Numbered from the stretch's first letter, positions 26,935 through 37,347 are shown. The stretch: 64,000 nt of DNA from an uncultured Gammaproteobacteria bacterium (GCA_964345045.1 CAYFPM010000002.1:140330-204329); one strand, 5' to 3'. Translations and numbers: made by a program. Notes: generated by a model from the sequence alone, not told the origin.

Positions 26935-27153
26935 TTATTTTGGTACAAAACCTAGCAAACCAGCAATTCTAGCTTGCTTGATAGCTTTGGCTACCTTGCG
27001 TTGATGAAAAGCGCACAAACCACTACGACGTCTTGGAGCAATCTTCATATAAGAAGAAACAAAACGACGAAGAGATTGAACATCTTTGTAATCAACCGCT
27101 TTTTTATTGTTTACACAATAAAAACATTGTTTTGGTTGTTTTCTTTTTTGCAT
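26935..27153 (-). CDS. rpsR: 30S ribosomal protein S18
   Basis: Motifs CFYC...DYKDV..LRRF...RR.SGLCA.HQR..AIK.AR. Confidence 0.85.
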   Translation of the reverse strand: MQKRKQPKQCFYCVNNKKAVDYKDVQSLRRFVSSYMKIAPRRRSGLCAFHQRKVAKAIKQARIAGLLGFVPK

Positions 27154-27160
27154 AATAATA

Positions 27161-27227
27161 GTTCACGGTTCATGGCCAATCGCCAATATAAAATTACTGG
27201 CTATGAACTATTGGCTACGAACTAAAA
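27161..27227. repeat. intergenic repeat catggccaatcg...ggctatgaac...gaactaaaac (copy 1)
   Basis: Related copy at 30270-30336 after pilB. Confidence 0.45.
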
Positions 27228-27668
27228 CGGAATGTCTTCTACTTTAATTTCGTCCGATGCAGCACCACCATCTTCTACCGGCGGAGCACTATCGTCAGAA
27301 TTATTTTGTTGAGGAACATTGTTGCTAGCACCACTACCCTTTGGGCCGTCTAGCATAATCATATTGTCTACGACAATTTCTGTTCTATATCTTTTTACAC
27401 CGTCATTGCCAGTCCAATCTCTGGTTTGCAATCTACCTTCCATATATACTCTTCTACCTTTGGATAGGTATTGTCCGGCAATTTCTGCCAATTTACCCCA
27501 CAAAACACAGTTGTGAAATTCGGTAAATTCTTGTTTGGCACCGCTTTGGTCAGTCCAACTGCGGCCGGTAGCTACACCAATAGAAGCTACAGATTTTCCA
27601 TTTGGAGTAGTACGTACTTCTGGGTCACGAGTTAAACGTCCCAAAATAGTCGCTCGGTTTAGATCCAT
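27222..27668 (-). CDS. ssb: single-stranded DNA-binding protein
   Basis: OB-fold N-terminus (LNRATILGRLTRDPE...). Gly/Asn-rich linker. Acidic C-terminus ...DIPF. Confidence 0.85.
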   Translation of the reverse strand: MDLNRATILGRLTRDPEVRTTPNGKSVASIGVATGRSWTDQSGAKQEFTEFHNCVLWGKLAEIAGQYLSKGRRVYMEGRLQTRDWTGNDGVKRYRTEIVVDNMIMLDGPKGSGASNNVPQQNNSDDSAPPVEDGGAASDEIKVEDIPF

Positions 27669-27736
27669 ACTATATAGGTTACTTAATTAATAAATACAAA
27701 TACTGGCCTACATTGCCCTCCATAATCTTACCTTGA

Positions 27737-28324
27737 TTAGACGTCTGCTATGTCTGTTTCTAGCAATTCGTCTAATTTTTTATCAATGTCTTCCATTTTT
27801 ACGCCTTCGGCTTTGGAAGATTTTTCTTCTTTTGTTTCTTTCTTTTCTTCTTTGGCTTCGTCCTTTTTAGGAGCATCCATTTTTCTGGCAGCAGCTTCGG
27901 CAGTTTCTGTTTCTTTTACTGCACCAGAGCTTTCGGCAGAGGCAGATTCTTTTCCTTCTGTATCTCTGCTTCTACCACCACGATCTCTAACAGTTACGTC
28001 GCTAATAGCTGTAATGTTGTCTATCTTGGCAGCTTCTGGAGAATCTACTTTGCGAATTACAGTTCGCAATAGTCCAGACAAAAGTTTCAATTCGGCATTT
28101 ATTTTTGGCAAAACACTAGGTTCTGCTTGAAAACTTCCCAATTGAAAATAACCATAACGAATATGTTTCATTGGGTAGGCCAAACGGCTTTTACCTTTGT
28201 CTTCTATAGAGATATCGCTAGCACCAGAGGTTTCCAAGGCTTTTTTTACCTTGTCTACTTCTGGAGTCACTTCATCTTCAGACAAAGTTCCTGGAAGAAC
28301 GAATAATATTTCGTAATATTTCAT
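27737..28324 (-). CDS. rpsF: 30S ribosomal protein S6 with a charged C-terminal extension
   Basis: N-terminus MKYYEILFVL. The conserved gene order rpsF-ssb-rpsR is present. Confidence 0.8.
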   Translation of the reverse strand: MKYYEILFVLPGTLSEDEVTPEVDKVKKALETSGASDISIEDKGKSRLAYPMKHIRYGYFQLGSFQAEPSVLPKINAELKLLSGLLRTVIRKVDSPEAAKIDNITAISDVTVRDRGGRSRDTEGKESASAESSGAVKETETAEAAARKMDAPKKDEAKEEKKETKEEKSSKAEGVKMEDIDKKLDELLETDIADV

Positions 28325-28542
28325 AATTTAGTTTATTTTGGCTAGCCCTAGTATGCCTAGTGATCGACCAATAGGCAGGCCAGCTGTTTGCGCTGATTTT
28401 TTGGAGTGGAGTCACTATAGCAGCCATAAGGGAATTTGTCAACCATACTATATATTACAATTCATCTTTCACCAAAACCATGATATAATTGTAATAGCGA
28501 TACCCTCCAAGTTATCGCTTTGTATGTATCACAAATTCCCAT

Positions 28543-30270
28543 ATGTTGTCGCAGGACTTACTACTAGATCTACTAAAATCCAAATACAATCTAAAAGCTC
28601 CCGAGATAAAAAACTACCAAACCAAGGCTCAAAAAATAAATAAAAGTTTGGAAGATTACCTTGTAGCAGAAGGAGTAATAGACGAAGTAGCCCTATATAC
28701 AGAAGCTGCCAAACTAATGGAAGTCCCTTTTACTATCTTAAAAGGCAAAGAAATAAAAAAAGAGGTTCTAAACATGGTACCGCCAAGTTTGGCTCAAACT
28801 CACAAAATAGTCGCTTTTGAAGCTAGCAAAACCGAAATTAGCTTGGCCATGCTCGACCCGCTAGACATACAAACCATAGAATTTATCCAAAGAAAAACTG
28901 GTTTAACCCCTGTAGCCTACTTGACTACACCAAGTGACATAAAAGATTCTCTGCGTCGCTACCATGCTGACTTAAACGAAGATATGATGGTAGTCCAACT
29001 AAGTAGCGAATCTGCCAAAGACGAAGGAGATCTAAAAAAAGTAGCCGAAGAATTACCTATAATTAATATAGTAAATAGTATACTAGAACATGCTGTTTTT
29101 GAAGGTGCCAGTGATATCCATATAGAACCACAAGAAAAAGAAGTATCTGTACGTTATCGAGTAGATGGAGTGTTAAAACAAGTCATGACTCTACCCAAAA
29201 AAGTACAAGCCGGTATTGTGGCTCGTATCAAAATTTTGTCTAAATTAAAAATAGACGAACATATGGTACCCCAAGACGGTAGGTTCAAAATACAAATCCA
29301 AGAAGACAAATTATCTTTTCGTGTTTCTATTATCCCAGTTTACGATGGCGAAAAAATAGTAATGCGTCTTTTGCGAGAAGATCAAAAACCCCTATCTCTA
29401 GACCAACTAGGATTTTTGCCAGGACCAAAAAAGCTGGTAGAATCTGCTATTCGTAGACCACATGGCATGGTGCTGGTTACCGGACCAACCGGATCTGGTA
29501 AGACCACTACCCTATACTCCATTTTGTTTATGTTAAACAAACCTGGAGTAAATATTTCTACCATCGAAGATCCTATCGAATACCATGTAAAAGGCATCAA
29601 CCAAAGCCAAATTAATCCTCGTGCCAAATTTACCTTTGCTTCTGGCCTGCGCGCCTTTTTGCGTCAAGATCCAGACATTATCATGGTTGGAGAAATCCGC
29701 GACGAAGAGACTGCAGAAGTTTCTATTCACGCCGCTATGACCGGTCACTTGGTACTCTCTACCCTCCATACCAACGATGCCCCTACCACCTTGCCTCGTC
29801 TTATGGATATGGGAGTTCCTCCATTTTTAGTTGCTTTTACCACCAATGTAATTGTAGCGCAAAGATTGGTAAGAAAAATCTGCAAAGACTGTAAAAAAGA
29901 ATTTACCTTGGATTCAAAAACCATAGAACAATTAGAAAAAATCCTTGACCAAAAATCTTTGCCTACCCTTTTCAAAAATCAAAATATAAAATTAAACCCC
30001 AAAGAAAAAAACTTGCAAAGCATGACATTTTATAGAGGTGAGGGTTGTAGAAAATGCAATCAATCTGGCTACAAAGGCCGAATTGGTATTTACGAAGTTC
30101 TCGATATAGACAAAGATCTGATCAACAAAATAAACCAAAGAGCCACTGCCGAAGAAATCCGCAAACACGCTATTAGCAAAAACATGATTACTATTTTGCA
30201 AGACGGCATTATAAAAGCCAAACAAGGAATCACCTCTATAGAAGAAGTCCTTCGTGTAACCAGAGATTAG
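28543..30270 (+). CDS. pilB: type IV pilus assembly ATPase (GspE/PilB family)
   Basis: N-terminal GSPII_E_N-like domains. Walker A LVTGPTGSGKTTTLYS. Asp and His boxes. C-terminal tetracysteine CRKC. Confidence 0.85.
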   Translation: MLSQDLLLDLLKSKYNLKAPEIKNYQTKAQKINKSLEDYLVAEGVIDEVALYTEAAKLMEVPFTILKGKEIKKEVLNMVPPSLAQTHKIVAFEASKTEISLAMLDPLDIQTIEFIQRKTGLTPVAYLTTPSDIKDSLRRYHADLNEDMMVVQLSSESAKDEGDLKKVAEELPIINIVNSILEHAVFEGASDIHIEPQEKEVSVRYRVDGVLKQVMTLPKKVQAGIVARIKILSKLKIDEHMVPQDGRFKIQIQEDKLSFRVSIIPVYDGEKIVMRLLREDQKPLSLDQLGFLPGPKKLVESAIRRPHGMVLVTGPTGSGKTTTLYSILFMLNKPGVNISTIEDPIEYHVKGINQSQINPRAKFTFASGLRAFLRQDPDIIMVGEIRDEETAEVSIHAAMTGHLVLSTLHTNDAPTTLPRLMDMGVPPFLVAFTTNVIVAQRLVRKICKDCKKEFTLDSKTIEQLEKILDQKSLPTLFKNQNIKLNPKEKNLQSMTFYRGEGCRKCNQSGYKGRIGIYEVLDIDKDLINKINQRATAEEIRKHAISKNMITILQDGIIKAKQGITSIEEVLRVTRD

Positions 30271-30336
30271 TTCATAGCCAATAGTGCATGGCCAATCGTC
30301 AGTAATACCGATTGGCTATGAACCATGAACTAAAAA
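30270..30336. repeat. intergenic repeat (copy 2) with perfect inverted repeat gttcatagccaat/attggctatgaac
   Basis: Shares catggccaatcg and ggctatgaac..gaactaaaa with the copy at 27161. Confidence 0.45.
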
Positions 30337-30434
30337 CTAGCTAAAAGTCCTGTCATTATGAATCAGTTCGAGAAAAAACAAACTGTCAATCAAAAAATTA
30401 TAAATAATTTCAGATTATACCTGTTTATTTTTTA

Positions 30435-30512
30435 ATTTTCGTAAATTCGTAAATTTATCCGATGCCTTGATCGGAGTCCGTATCGCTTGCGCATCGGACG
30501 TATTTCGTACAT
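30435..30512. repeat. array of TTCGTAAA/TTCGTACA octamers plus a ccgatgc/gcatcgg hairpin upstream of pilC
   Basis: ttttcgtaaattcgtaaattt and gtatttcgtacata. The same octamer array occurs at 51225-51305. Confidence 0.4.
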
Positions 30513-30521
30513 AATTTCATT

Positions 30522-31631
30522 ATGAAAAAAAAGCGAGAACTATCTCCGCTAGAAGAAAAGCTAAACGATTTTTTTAGTCGTTTTTCGCGTATCCCGTTTG
30601 TCCAAAAAATATTTTTTGTCGACCACTTGCGTACCATGGTGCATGCCAGTCTTTCTTTGGTAGAAGCCTTGGGTATCTTGGCCAAAGAAATAGAAAACCG
30701 CAAATTCAAAAAAATTATTGAAAAAATAAAAGACGAAGTAGAAGCCGGGAAACCACTTAGCGAAGCACTGGCAAAGTATCCCAAAGCTTTTCCACCTATT
30801 TATGTAAAAATGGTTTCTTCTGGAGAAATTTCCGGAAAATTGGACGAAGCCTTGGAGCAAGTAACTGTCCAAATGAAAAAATCACACGAACTAGCTTCTA
30901 GCATCCGCGGGGCTATGATCTATCCGGCAGTAATTCTTTTTGCTATGGGCGGGGTAGGTATACTTATGACCACAGTGGTATTGCCAAAACTAATTGGAAT
31001 ATTCGAAGAATTTGATACCGAATTACCTTTGGCCACCCAATTACTTATAAAATTAACTAACTTCTTGAGTAACCCTCTTTATTTAATTCTTTCCATTTCT
31101 TTATTAGTATCTTTTGTAGTTCTATTTGTGATATTATTAAGAAAAAGTCGTCCTTTTAGAAAAACTATTCACAATATAAATCTACACTTGCCAATTTTTG
31201 GTGGAGTTATAAAACAAATAAACTTAGCTCGTTTCTCGCTTACTCTGTCCTCTCTTTTGAAAAGTACTATTCCTATAATTGACGCCATGGAAATTACAGC
31301 CGAAACTTGCTCCAATGTAGTTTACCAAGATGCCATCCACAAAGTGGCCAAAGATATAAAATCCGGAACCCCTATTTCCGAACTGCTTCGCCAATACGAT
31401 ACCCTATTTCCACCAATGATAACCGAAATGGTCATGGTTGGCGAAAGATCGGGTGAAGTAGATAAACTTCTAGAAGAATTATCCAATTTTTTTGGCAACG
31501 AAGTAGACAAAACCATGAAAAACTTTACCTCTGTAATTGAACCGGTTATTATCTTGGCTCTAGGTATCGCCGTGGCCGGAGTAGCCGTAGCAGTAATCAT
31601 GCCAATGTATTCTTTGGTGCAAAATTTCTAA
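30522..31631 (+). CDS. pilC: type IV pilus inner-membrane platform protein (GspF/PilC family)
   Basis: T2SS-F repeat architecture. Motifs PLSEALAKYPKAFPPIYVKMVSSGEISG and PISELLRQYDTLFPPMITEMVMVGERSG. Confidence 0.8.
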   Translation: MKKKRELSPLEEKLNDFFSRFSRIPFVQKIFFVDHLRTMVHASLSLVEALGILAKEIENRKFKKIIEKIKDEVEAGKPLSEALAKYPKAFPPIYVKMVSSGEISGKLDEALEQVTVQMKKSHELASSIRGAMIYPAVILFAMGGVGILMTTVVLPKLIGIFEEFDTELPLATQLLIKLTNFLSNPLYLILSISLLVSFVVLFVILLRKSRPFRKTIHNINLHLPIFGGVIKQINLARFSLTLSSLLKSTIPIIDAMEITAETCSNVVYQDAIHKVAKDIKSGTPISELLRQYDTLFPPMITEMVMVGERSGEVDKLLEELSNFFGNEVDKTMKNFTSVIEPVIILALGIAVAGVAVAVIMPMYSLVQNF

Positions 31632-31632
31632 C

Positions 31633-32733
31633 ATGTTACTTTCTCCTTTTCCAAATGCTATCGGACTAGACATAAATGATTTGTCTATAAAACTAGTCCA
31701 ACTAAAAAATATCTCTAGAAGAAGTAAGGGAAGTTCTTTTGTTCTTTCTTCTGCCAGAAAAACATCTTTGCCACATGGTCTAATTGCCGATGGAATAATC
31801 CAAGAACCGGAAAAAGTTAGAAAATATTTGCAACATATTTTGAATAAAAAAGGGAGCAATGGCACAAAAATAAAATCTCCTTGGGCAGTCTGTTCTTTGC
31901 CAGACAGTCAAGGATTTTTAAAATTAATCCACTTGGAAAAAACAGCCGAAGACGTAATAGAAGAAGATATAAAAGAAGCAGCCAAAAGACATGTCCCCCT
32001 CGACGAAGGAGAATATTATCTAGATTGGCAGATAATGCCTCCTCATACCAGTGAATCTGAACATACAGATATCTTGCTTACAGCCATACCAGTCCATTTA
32101 TCAGATATGTATACTTATCTTTTGGAAAGTGTTGGGCTAACTCCGATTGCTCTAGAACTTCGAGCTCTCTCGACAGCTCGATCAGTTATACCTTTTCAAA
32201 CTCAAAATTCCGAAGGAGCCAGAGCCATCTTAGACATTGGAGCCACCCAATCTGTTATGACTATATATGATCACGGTTATATACAGTTTAGTAGAGCCTT
32301 ATCTTACTCTGGGGAAATATTGACTACAGCTATATCACAAAAATTACATTTGGATTACGAAAAAGCCGAAGAATTAAAAAAAGAAAATGGATTAGAATAC
32401 CAAAAAAGTAAAGTATGGCCAATCGTCTCGGGATTTACAGACAAATTGGTAGATGATGTCCAAAAAACCATAAGCTTTTATTACACTCATTTTCCAGATA
32501 GCAACAAGGTGACTCATATAGATATGTGCGGTGGAGTATCTGCTATGAGCAAATTGTCCGATATATTAAGTATGAAATTAAATATAGAATGTTCCATTAG
32601 CAACATCTGGCAAAACTTGCATAGCAAACGCCCGATTACCCTATCAAAAGAAAAATCGCTTCCATTTGCTACAGCGGCAGGGTTAGCTCTTAGAGCAGCC
32701 GATAATCCTTTTTTTAGATCTGATACTATCTAA
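31633..32733 (+). CDS. pilM: type IV pilus assembly protein PilM (actin-like ATPase)
   Basis: N-terminus GLDINDLSIKLVQL. Hsp70/actin-like fold signature. ATAAGLALRA near the C-terminus. Confidence 0.75.
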   Translation: MLLSPFPNAIGLDINDLSIKLVQLKNISRRSKGSSFVLSSARKTSLPHGLIADGIIQEPEKVRKYLQHILNKKGSNGTKIKSPWAVCSLPDSQGFLKLIHLEKTAEDVIEEDIKEAAKRHVPLDEGEYYLDWQIMPPHTSESEHTDILLTAIPVHLSDMYTYLLESVGLTPIALELRALSTARSVIPFQTQNSEGARAILDIGATQSVMTIYDHGYIQFSRALSYSGEILTTAISQKLHLDYEKAEELKKENGLEYQKSKVWPIVSGFTDKLVDDVQKTISFYYTHFPDSNKVTHIDMCGGVSAMSKLSDILSMKLNIECSISNIWQNLHSKRPITLSKEKSLPFATAAGLALRAADNPFFRSDTI

Positions 32734-32735
32734 GT

Positions 32736-33269
32736 ATGTTTCCTACTAGATTAAACTTATTATCTCCAAACAAACGCAAATACTTGCGTAAGATGCTGTA
32801 TGCCCAATTTGTCAAAGCTAGTTTGGAGAGTTTTGTTTTTGTTATTAGTTTGGTAAGTATTCTTTTTTTGGGGACAGAATGGGTGTTGCAAACCAACTTT
32901 AACAATCTTAGTACATCGCTTGTAACAAACAATGGCCAAGAAGCCGAAAGAAACAATAAGATAAAAAAGATAAATAATGTATTGGAAAAAATGACAGAAC
33001 TTCAAAAAACTCACACCTTATGGACATCTATAATGGAAGATTTTACCCGCGTGATTCCAAAAGAAATCACCCTAACTAGTCTAAATATAAATGAACTATC
33101 TGGTAATTACCAATTAAGTGGTACTGCCCCAACAAGAGATGATCTTCTGAAATTAAAAGCTAGCTTGGAATCTTTGGAATATATAGAACCTGTTGAGATT
33201 CCGCTATCTTTGCTTACTCAAAAAGAAGATATATCATTTTCTTTAACTGCCAAGCTAAAAACTCCTTAA
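32736..33269 (+). CDS. pilN: PilN-like bitopic membrane protein
   Basis: N-terminus RLNLLSPNKRK followed by a single TM segment, typical of PilN. Confidence 0.55.
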   Translation: MFPTRLNLLSPNKRKYLRKMLYAQFVKASLESFVFVISLVSILFLGTEWVLQTNFNNLSTSLVTNNGQEAERNNKIKKINNVLEKMTELQKTHTLWTSIMEDFTRVIPKEITLTSLNINELSGNYQLSGTAPTRDDLLKLKASLESLEYIEPVEIPLSLLTQKEDISFSLTAKLKTP

Positions 33270-33270
33270 T

Positions 33271-33852
33271 ATGAGATTGACTGCCAAAAAACAAATTTTT
33301 ATTTTGTTAAGCACTATTACTATTTTGGCAATGGCTATTATTATACTTATTGTAATCCCCACTACCAAAAGTATAGTTGAGTTAAGCAAACACACATCCG
33401 AAACCCAAGAAATAATAGAACAAAAATACCAAAGAGCAAAACTTTTAAAAAAATCTAGTCATTCTTTGGCTGATGCAGAATCAATTATAAGCAAATACGA
33501 AACAGCTGCACTAAAAAAAGGACAAGAGCTGGAAATGATTACCCTTTTGGAAAACATGGCCGAAGATTACAAAATAGAACAAACTTTGTCTGTAAATTAT
33601 GTAGAAGATGGATTACTTCAAGGCACACCCCGAAATAATTCGGCCAAAACCAACATAAAAACACCATTGTATATTTTTTCTTTTTTAAATCATGGAGAAT
33701 ACCAAGACCAATTAAAATATTTACGAGCTCTAGAAAGACTTCCACAGTATCTAATTATAGAAAACATCCAATGGAACCATCGATCGCAAGGCTCCGAAGG
33801 ACAAAACTATGTTACCCTTCGATTTGATGCCAAAATTCGTATAAATGAATAA
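33271..33852 (+). CDS. PilO-like bitopic membrane protein
   Basis: Single N-terminal TM segment followed by a coiled-coil, in the PilO position of the operon. Confidence 0.4.
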   Translation: MRLTAKKQIFILLSTITILAMAIIILIVIPTTKSIVELSKHTSETQEIIEQKYQRAKLLKKSSHSLADAESIISKYETAALKKGQELEMITLLENMAEDYKIEQTLSVNYVEDGLLQGTPRNNSAKTNIKTPLYIFSFLNHGEYQDQLKYLRALERLPQYLIIENIQWNHRSQGSEGQNYVTLRFDAKIRINE

Positions 33853-34255
33853 AGGTATGCCATTACCAAAATTACAACTAAGAAAAGAAAGTGGAGCAAA
33901 AAAAAATCCCAAGGTGGGACCAAAAGAATATAGACACACTACTCTACTAAAACTACTAACTGGTTTTTTGATTTTGTCTCTATCGGTTATTTTTCTTGGT
34001 TCTATTTGGTTTGTTTTTGATAAAGTCAAAACTACTATACATGGTGTGAATACTATTATGCAGCTCCAATCAGAATTAACTTTTGAGCCACTTAATTTTG
34101 ATAATCTCGACAATGTCGAAAAAAACTGGCAAGAAAAACATGCTACCAGCACCTTAACTATACACCGAGATCCTTTTCACGAAGCTCCTGTGATAGTAGA
34201 AATAGTTGAAGAGACAAATGATACTACTATTGACGAAAACAAAATAGAAGAGTAG
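33845..34255 (+). CDS. small bitopic membrane protein (possible PilP-like lipoprotein substitute)
   Basis: Basic N-terminus, one TM segment and an acidic C-terminus. Its start overlaps the previous stop. Confidence 0.35.
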   Translation: MNKGMPLPKLQLRKESGAKKNPKVGPKEYRHTTLLKLLTGFLILSLSVIFLGSIWFVFDKVKTTIHGVNTIMQLQSELTFEPLNFDNLDNVEKNWQEKHATSTLTIHRDPFHEAPVIVEIVEETNDTTIDENKIEE

Positions 34256-34267
34256 TTTGCTTGGCAT

Positions 34268-35392
34268 ATGGCAACGTATTTATTTCAATTAGGACGAGAA
34301 CCAAAAATTTCAACCGCGGAGATAAACGCGGTTTTTGCGCTACAAAAAATTTCTTATCTCAAAATACAAGAAACTAGCAAATTTTTAATTTTGGAAACTA
34401 GTAAAAAAATAAATACAGAAGATTTGATGCAAACTTTGGGAGGCACTATAAAAATAGGAAAGCTCTTAAACAAAAATAATGAAAAGCCAGAAGAAATAAT
34501 TGTAGAAAACATTTTGGAAAATCAACCAGAAGGTAAAATAGTTTTTTCACTAAACGAAAAAAAATTGGCTTTGAAAATAAAAAAGATGATTAAAGAAACC
34601 GGCCGCAATGTCCGTTATGTTGAGTTAAAAAATAGTGCCAGTATTTTGCACAATAATTTGTTAGAAAGAAAAAGTGATTTTACGAAAATAGATAATCAGG
34701 TATTTGTTACCGCCGTTTTGCAACCACTAGAAGAATTTGGCAAACGTGACTATGGTAAACCAGGAAGAGACAAATACAGTGGCATGCTTCCACCAAAACT
34801 ATCTAAAATAATGATAAATTTGGGGCAAGTGAATCCGGACAACAAAACTTTTTTAGATCCTTTCTGTGGCTCTGGCACAGTTTTGTTAGAAGCAGCTTTA
34901 TCTAATTTTAAAAATATTTTTGGGAGCGATATCTCGGACAAGGCTACAAAAGATAGCCAAACAAATTTGGAATGGCTTCAAAATGAATATGGAATATCTA
35001 ATCTAAGATATTCAATATCCAAAACAGATGCCACCAAAATTGATTCTGTTATCAAAACAAATTCTATAGATTTGGTAGTTTCCGAACCTTTTATGGGTAT
35101 GCCTCTACGTGGCAGCGAATCCAGAGAATTTTTATTAAAACAAGCCAAAGATCTAAAAGAACTTTATATCAAAACCTTCAAAGCTTTGCTCAAAGTATTA
35201 AAAAAAGAAGGAGTAATTGTTTTTATTATTCCTTCTTTCAGTTTTGGAAAAGAAATTATCAGGATTGATTGTACAAAAGAAATAGAAAGACTTGGTTTCA
35301 AAACTTTGCCATTTGGAGAAGACCAATCTCTACTCTACCGCCGTCCTAATCAATACGTAGGTAGAAATATTTGGCGGTTTGTAAAAAAATAA
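34268..35392 (+). CDS. SAM-dependent N-methyltransferase, Trm11/RlmL (UPF0020)-like
   Basis: Motif I DPFCGSGT. Motif IV-like VSEPFMG. The N-terminal domain is reminiscent of THUMP. Confidence 0.5.
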   Translation: MATYLFQLGREPKISTAEINAVFALQKISYLKIQETSKFLILETSKKINTEDLMQTLGGTIKIGKLLNKNNEKPEEIIVENILENQPEGKIVFSLNEKKLALKIKKMIKETGRNVRYVELKNSASILHNNLLERKSDFTKIDNQVFVTAVLQPLEEFGKRDYGKPGRDKYSGMLPPKLSKIMINLGQVNPDNKTFLDPFCGSGTVLLEAALSNFKNIFGSDISDKATKDSQTNLEWLQNEYGISNLRYSISKTDATKIDSVIKTNSIDLVVSEPFMGMPLRGSESREFLLKQAKDLKELYIKTFKALLKVLKKEGVIVFIIPSFSFGKEIIRIDCTKEIERLGFKTLPFGEDQSLLYRRPNQYVGRNIWRFVKK

Positions 35393-35459
35393 AAAAACAC
35401 TAAACCAATAGTGTTTTTATGATTTTATGATTTAATGTTTTCTTGTTTTAATGATTAAA

Positions 35460-36179
35460 TCATTTCAGCCAAAGATTATCTACTACCTGACCAACAGCAT
35501 AACCAACCACAGCAGCCAACCCTGCCAAAGTTACCATCTCCATACCAGCTTTGATCCAATTCCTCTTGGAGAATTTGGCGGTGTATACTCCTAGCAAAAA
35601 CAAACCAACCAAAGTAATAGCAATAGACAAAGCAATCGCTGTATAAATAGGAAAGATAAAATAAGCTACAAGTGGAATCGCCCCGCCAAAAATATAAGAA
35701 ATCCCCATAACAGATCCGTTTTTTAACGGCTCTTCCAATTCACTTGGGAAAATTTTCAATTCATGATAAGCCATTTCTTGCAAAAACAAATCCGGTTTTT
35801 GCGAAGCTTCTTCGGCCATTTTCTTGGACAAATCTTTTGACCAACCATCTTCTTCGTACATCTCTATTAATTCTTGTTTTTCCTCTTCTGGATATTTTTC
35901 TAATTCTTGTTTTTCTTCAAACAATTTCCTCTCGTCTACTGCTCGCACCGACTTGCTAGACAAGTACGACCCCACTCCCATAGAAATTGATTCTACCGAA
36001 ACTACAACCAATCCTACCAAGATAGTGGTAAAAGGATCCTGTGTTGCAGCGGCTACACCAGTAATGGCCCCAAGGGTAGACACCATACCATCTTCCATCC
36101 CAAAGACCAATTCCCGTATAGTAGAAGCCTTGGTACTGTTGGTGTGGTGGATGTACTCTGGGTTATGCTCTACAGGCAT
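35460..36179 (-). CDS. VIT1/CCC1-family iron/manganese transporter
   Basis: Motif ELVFGMEDGMVSTLGAITGVA. Central acidic loop and C-terminal TM helices. Confidence 0.65.
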   Translation of the reverse strand: MPVEHNPEYIHHTNSTKASTIRELVFGMEDGMVSTLGAITGVAAATQDPFTTILVGLVVVSVESISMGVGSYLSSKSVRAVDERKLFEEKQELEKYPEEEKQELIEMYEEDGWSKDLSKKMAEEASQKPDLFLQEMAYHELKIFPSELEEPLKNGSVMGISYIFGGAIPLVAYFIFPIYTAIALSIAITLVGLFLLGVYTAKFSKRNWIKAGMEMVTLAGLAAVVGYAVGQVVDNLWLK

Positions 36180-36486
36180 ATTTTTAAACTTATATAGAAA
36201 AAATTACTTCACAAGTTAACAAACCAAAGATCTAGTTTATCAAATCTGCGTAATCCAAAAAAATCAGTGCAATCAATGTTATATATAGTACACCTTACAC
36301 ACAAAAATTTAAACCCACCTATTCGGTGGGGTTGTCTAGGGTGCTCTAAACCCTGGGTTAGAAAACTTTGTTTTTAATTTTTATTTTTTAATACATCATT
36401 TTGGATAAAGATAGTTAAACATACAAACACGCGTGTTAAGAATTATTTGTAAGAAATAAAGCAAAAAACAATCTACTCACTACAAC

Positions 36487-36502
36487 CTACTGCCTACCCC
36501 CT
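36487..36502. repeat. fragment ctactgcctaccccct of the ggcaggaggca palindromic element (family member e)
   Basis: Matches the tgcctaccccct tail seen at 20757. Confidence 0.35.
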
Positions 36503-36507
36503 AATAT

Positions 36508-36939
36508 TTATTCAGTCTCTACTAGTTTTTTGATACTTTCCAAAACTCCTTGCCAACCAGCTTCGGAATGTTTTTGGGCTTCTTCGTTGGCAAAACCTTG
36601 TTGACAGAGGGAGAGGGTCGTTTCGCCTTCTTCTTCTTTTAGTTTATAAGAAACCAAGGAGTAGTTATCCTCTTTGTCTTCCAAACCAGAAAAGCTACTA
36701 AGATAAGTATATTCCAGTTCTTTTTCCGGCTCGAACTTGGTTACTTTTCCTTTGTCCAAATAATCTTGTCCATTGTAATTACCGGAAAAAGTAATACTTT
36801 CGCCCACTTGCCAGCTGGTTGCTAGCTCGGTGTCGAACATATATTGTTTAACAATTTCTGGTTTGGTCAAGGCTGCCCAGATTTTTTCTATCGGAGCTTT
36901 GATTTTGATACTTTTTTCTATTTTTAATTCTTTATTCAT
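36508..36939 (-). CDS. SRPBCC/AHSA1-domain protein
   Basis: IKAPIEKIWAALTKPEIVKQYMF... is typical of an activator-of-Hsp90-ATPase-like or polyketide-cyclase fold. Confidence 0.6.
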   Translation of the reverse strand: MNKELKIEKSIKIKAPIEKIWAALTKPEIVKQYMFDTELATSWQVGESITFSGNYNGQDYLDKGKVTKFEPEKELEYTYLSSFSGLEDKEDNYSLVSYKLKEEEGETTLSLCQQGFANEEAQKHSEAGWQGVLESIKKLVETE

Positions 36940-36950
36940 AAATATATTAT

Positions 36951-37307
36951 TTAAAGTGTTTGTCTAATATGCGAGTAAGGATCACTGTCTGCAACTATTT
37001 CATCATGTTCAACAAAATAAGTCCCAGGTTCTGTATCACTTTCATTTATAAGACCCTCATCTAACAAAATTTTTAAGTGTTCTTTTGAATATTGTATCTT
37101 TCTAACTTCATTATAGTCCGGTTCCTCACTTGGTTTGTTTCTTGGAGGAAAAGACAAGGCGTTAAAACTATCCTTAATTTCTTCCAAAGTAAAACTTTTC
37201 GGATTTAGATTTTCTTTTATTTTTTCAAAGAGTTCCATAGCCGCAGCTCTAGCATTTTTGTATCTTGTTTCTTGACTAGGATTTCTAAAAAATCTACCTT
37301 CAATATT
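36951..37307 (-). CDS. hypothetical protein
   Basis: ORF starting at MNIEGRFF. No recognised motifs. Confidence 0.4.
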   Translation of the reverse strand, partial: NIEGRFFRNPSQETRYKNARAAAMELFEKIKENLNPKSFTLEEIKDSFNALSFPPRNKPSEEPDYNEVRKIQYSKEHLKILLDEGLINESDTEPGTYFVEHDEIVADSDPYSHIRQTL

Positions 37308-37347
37308 CATAATAAAACTAAATAACCCAAACTTTATTAATACAATT

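Noticed and set aside
29382-30225. Minus-strand ORFs inside pilB
   Set aside because: They are antisense to a highly confident ATPase gene.
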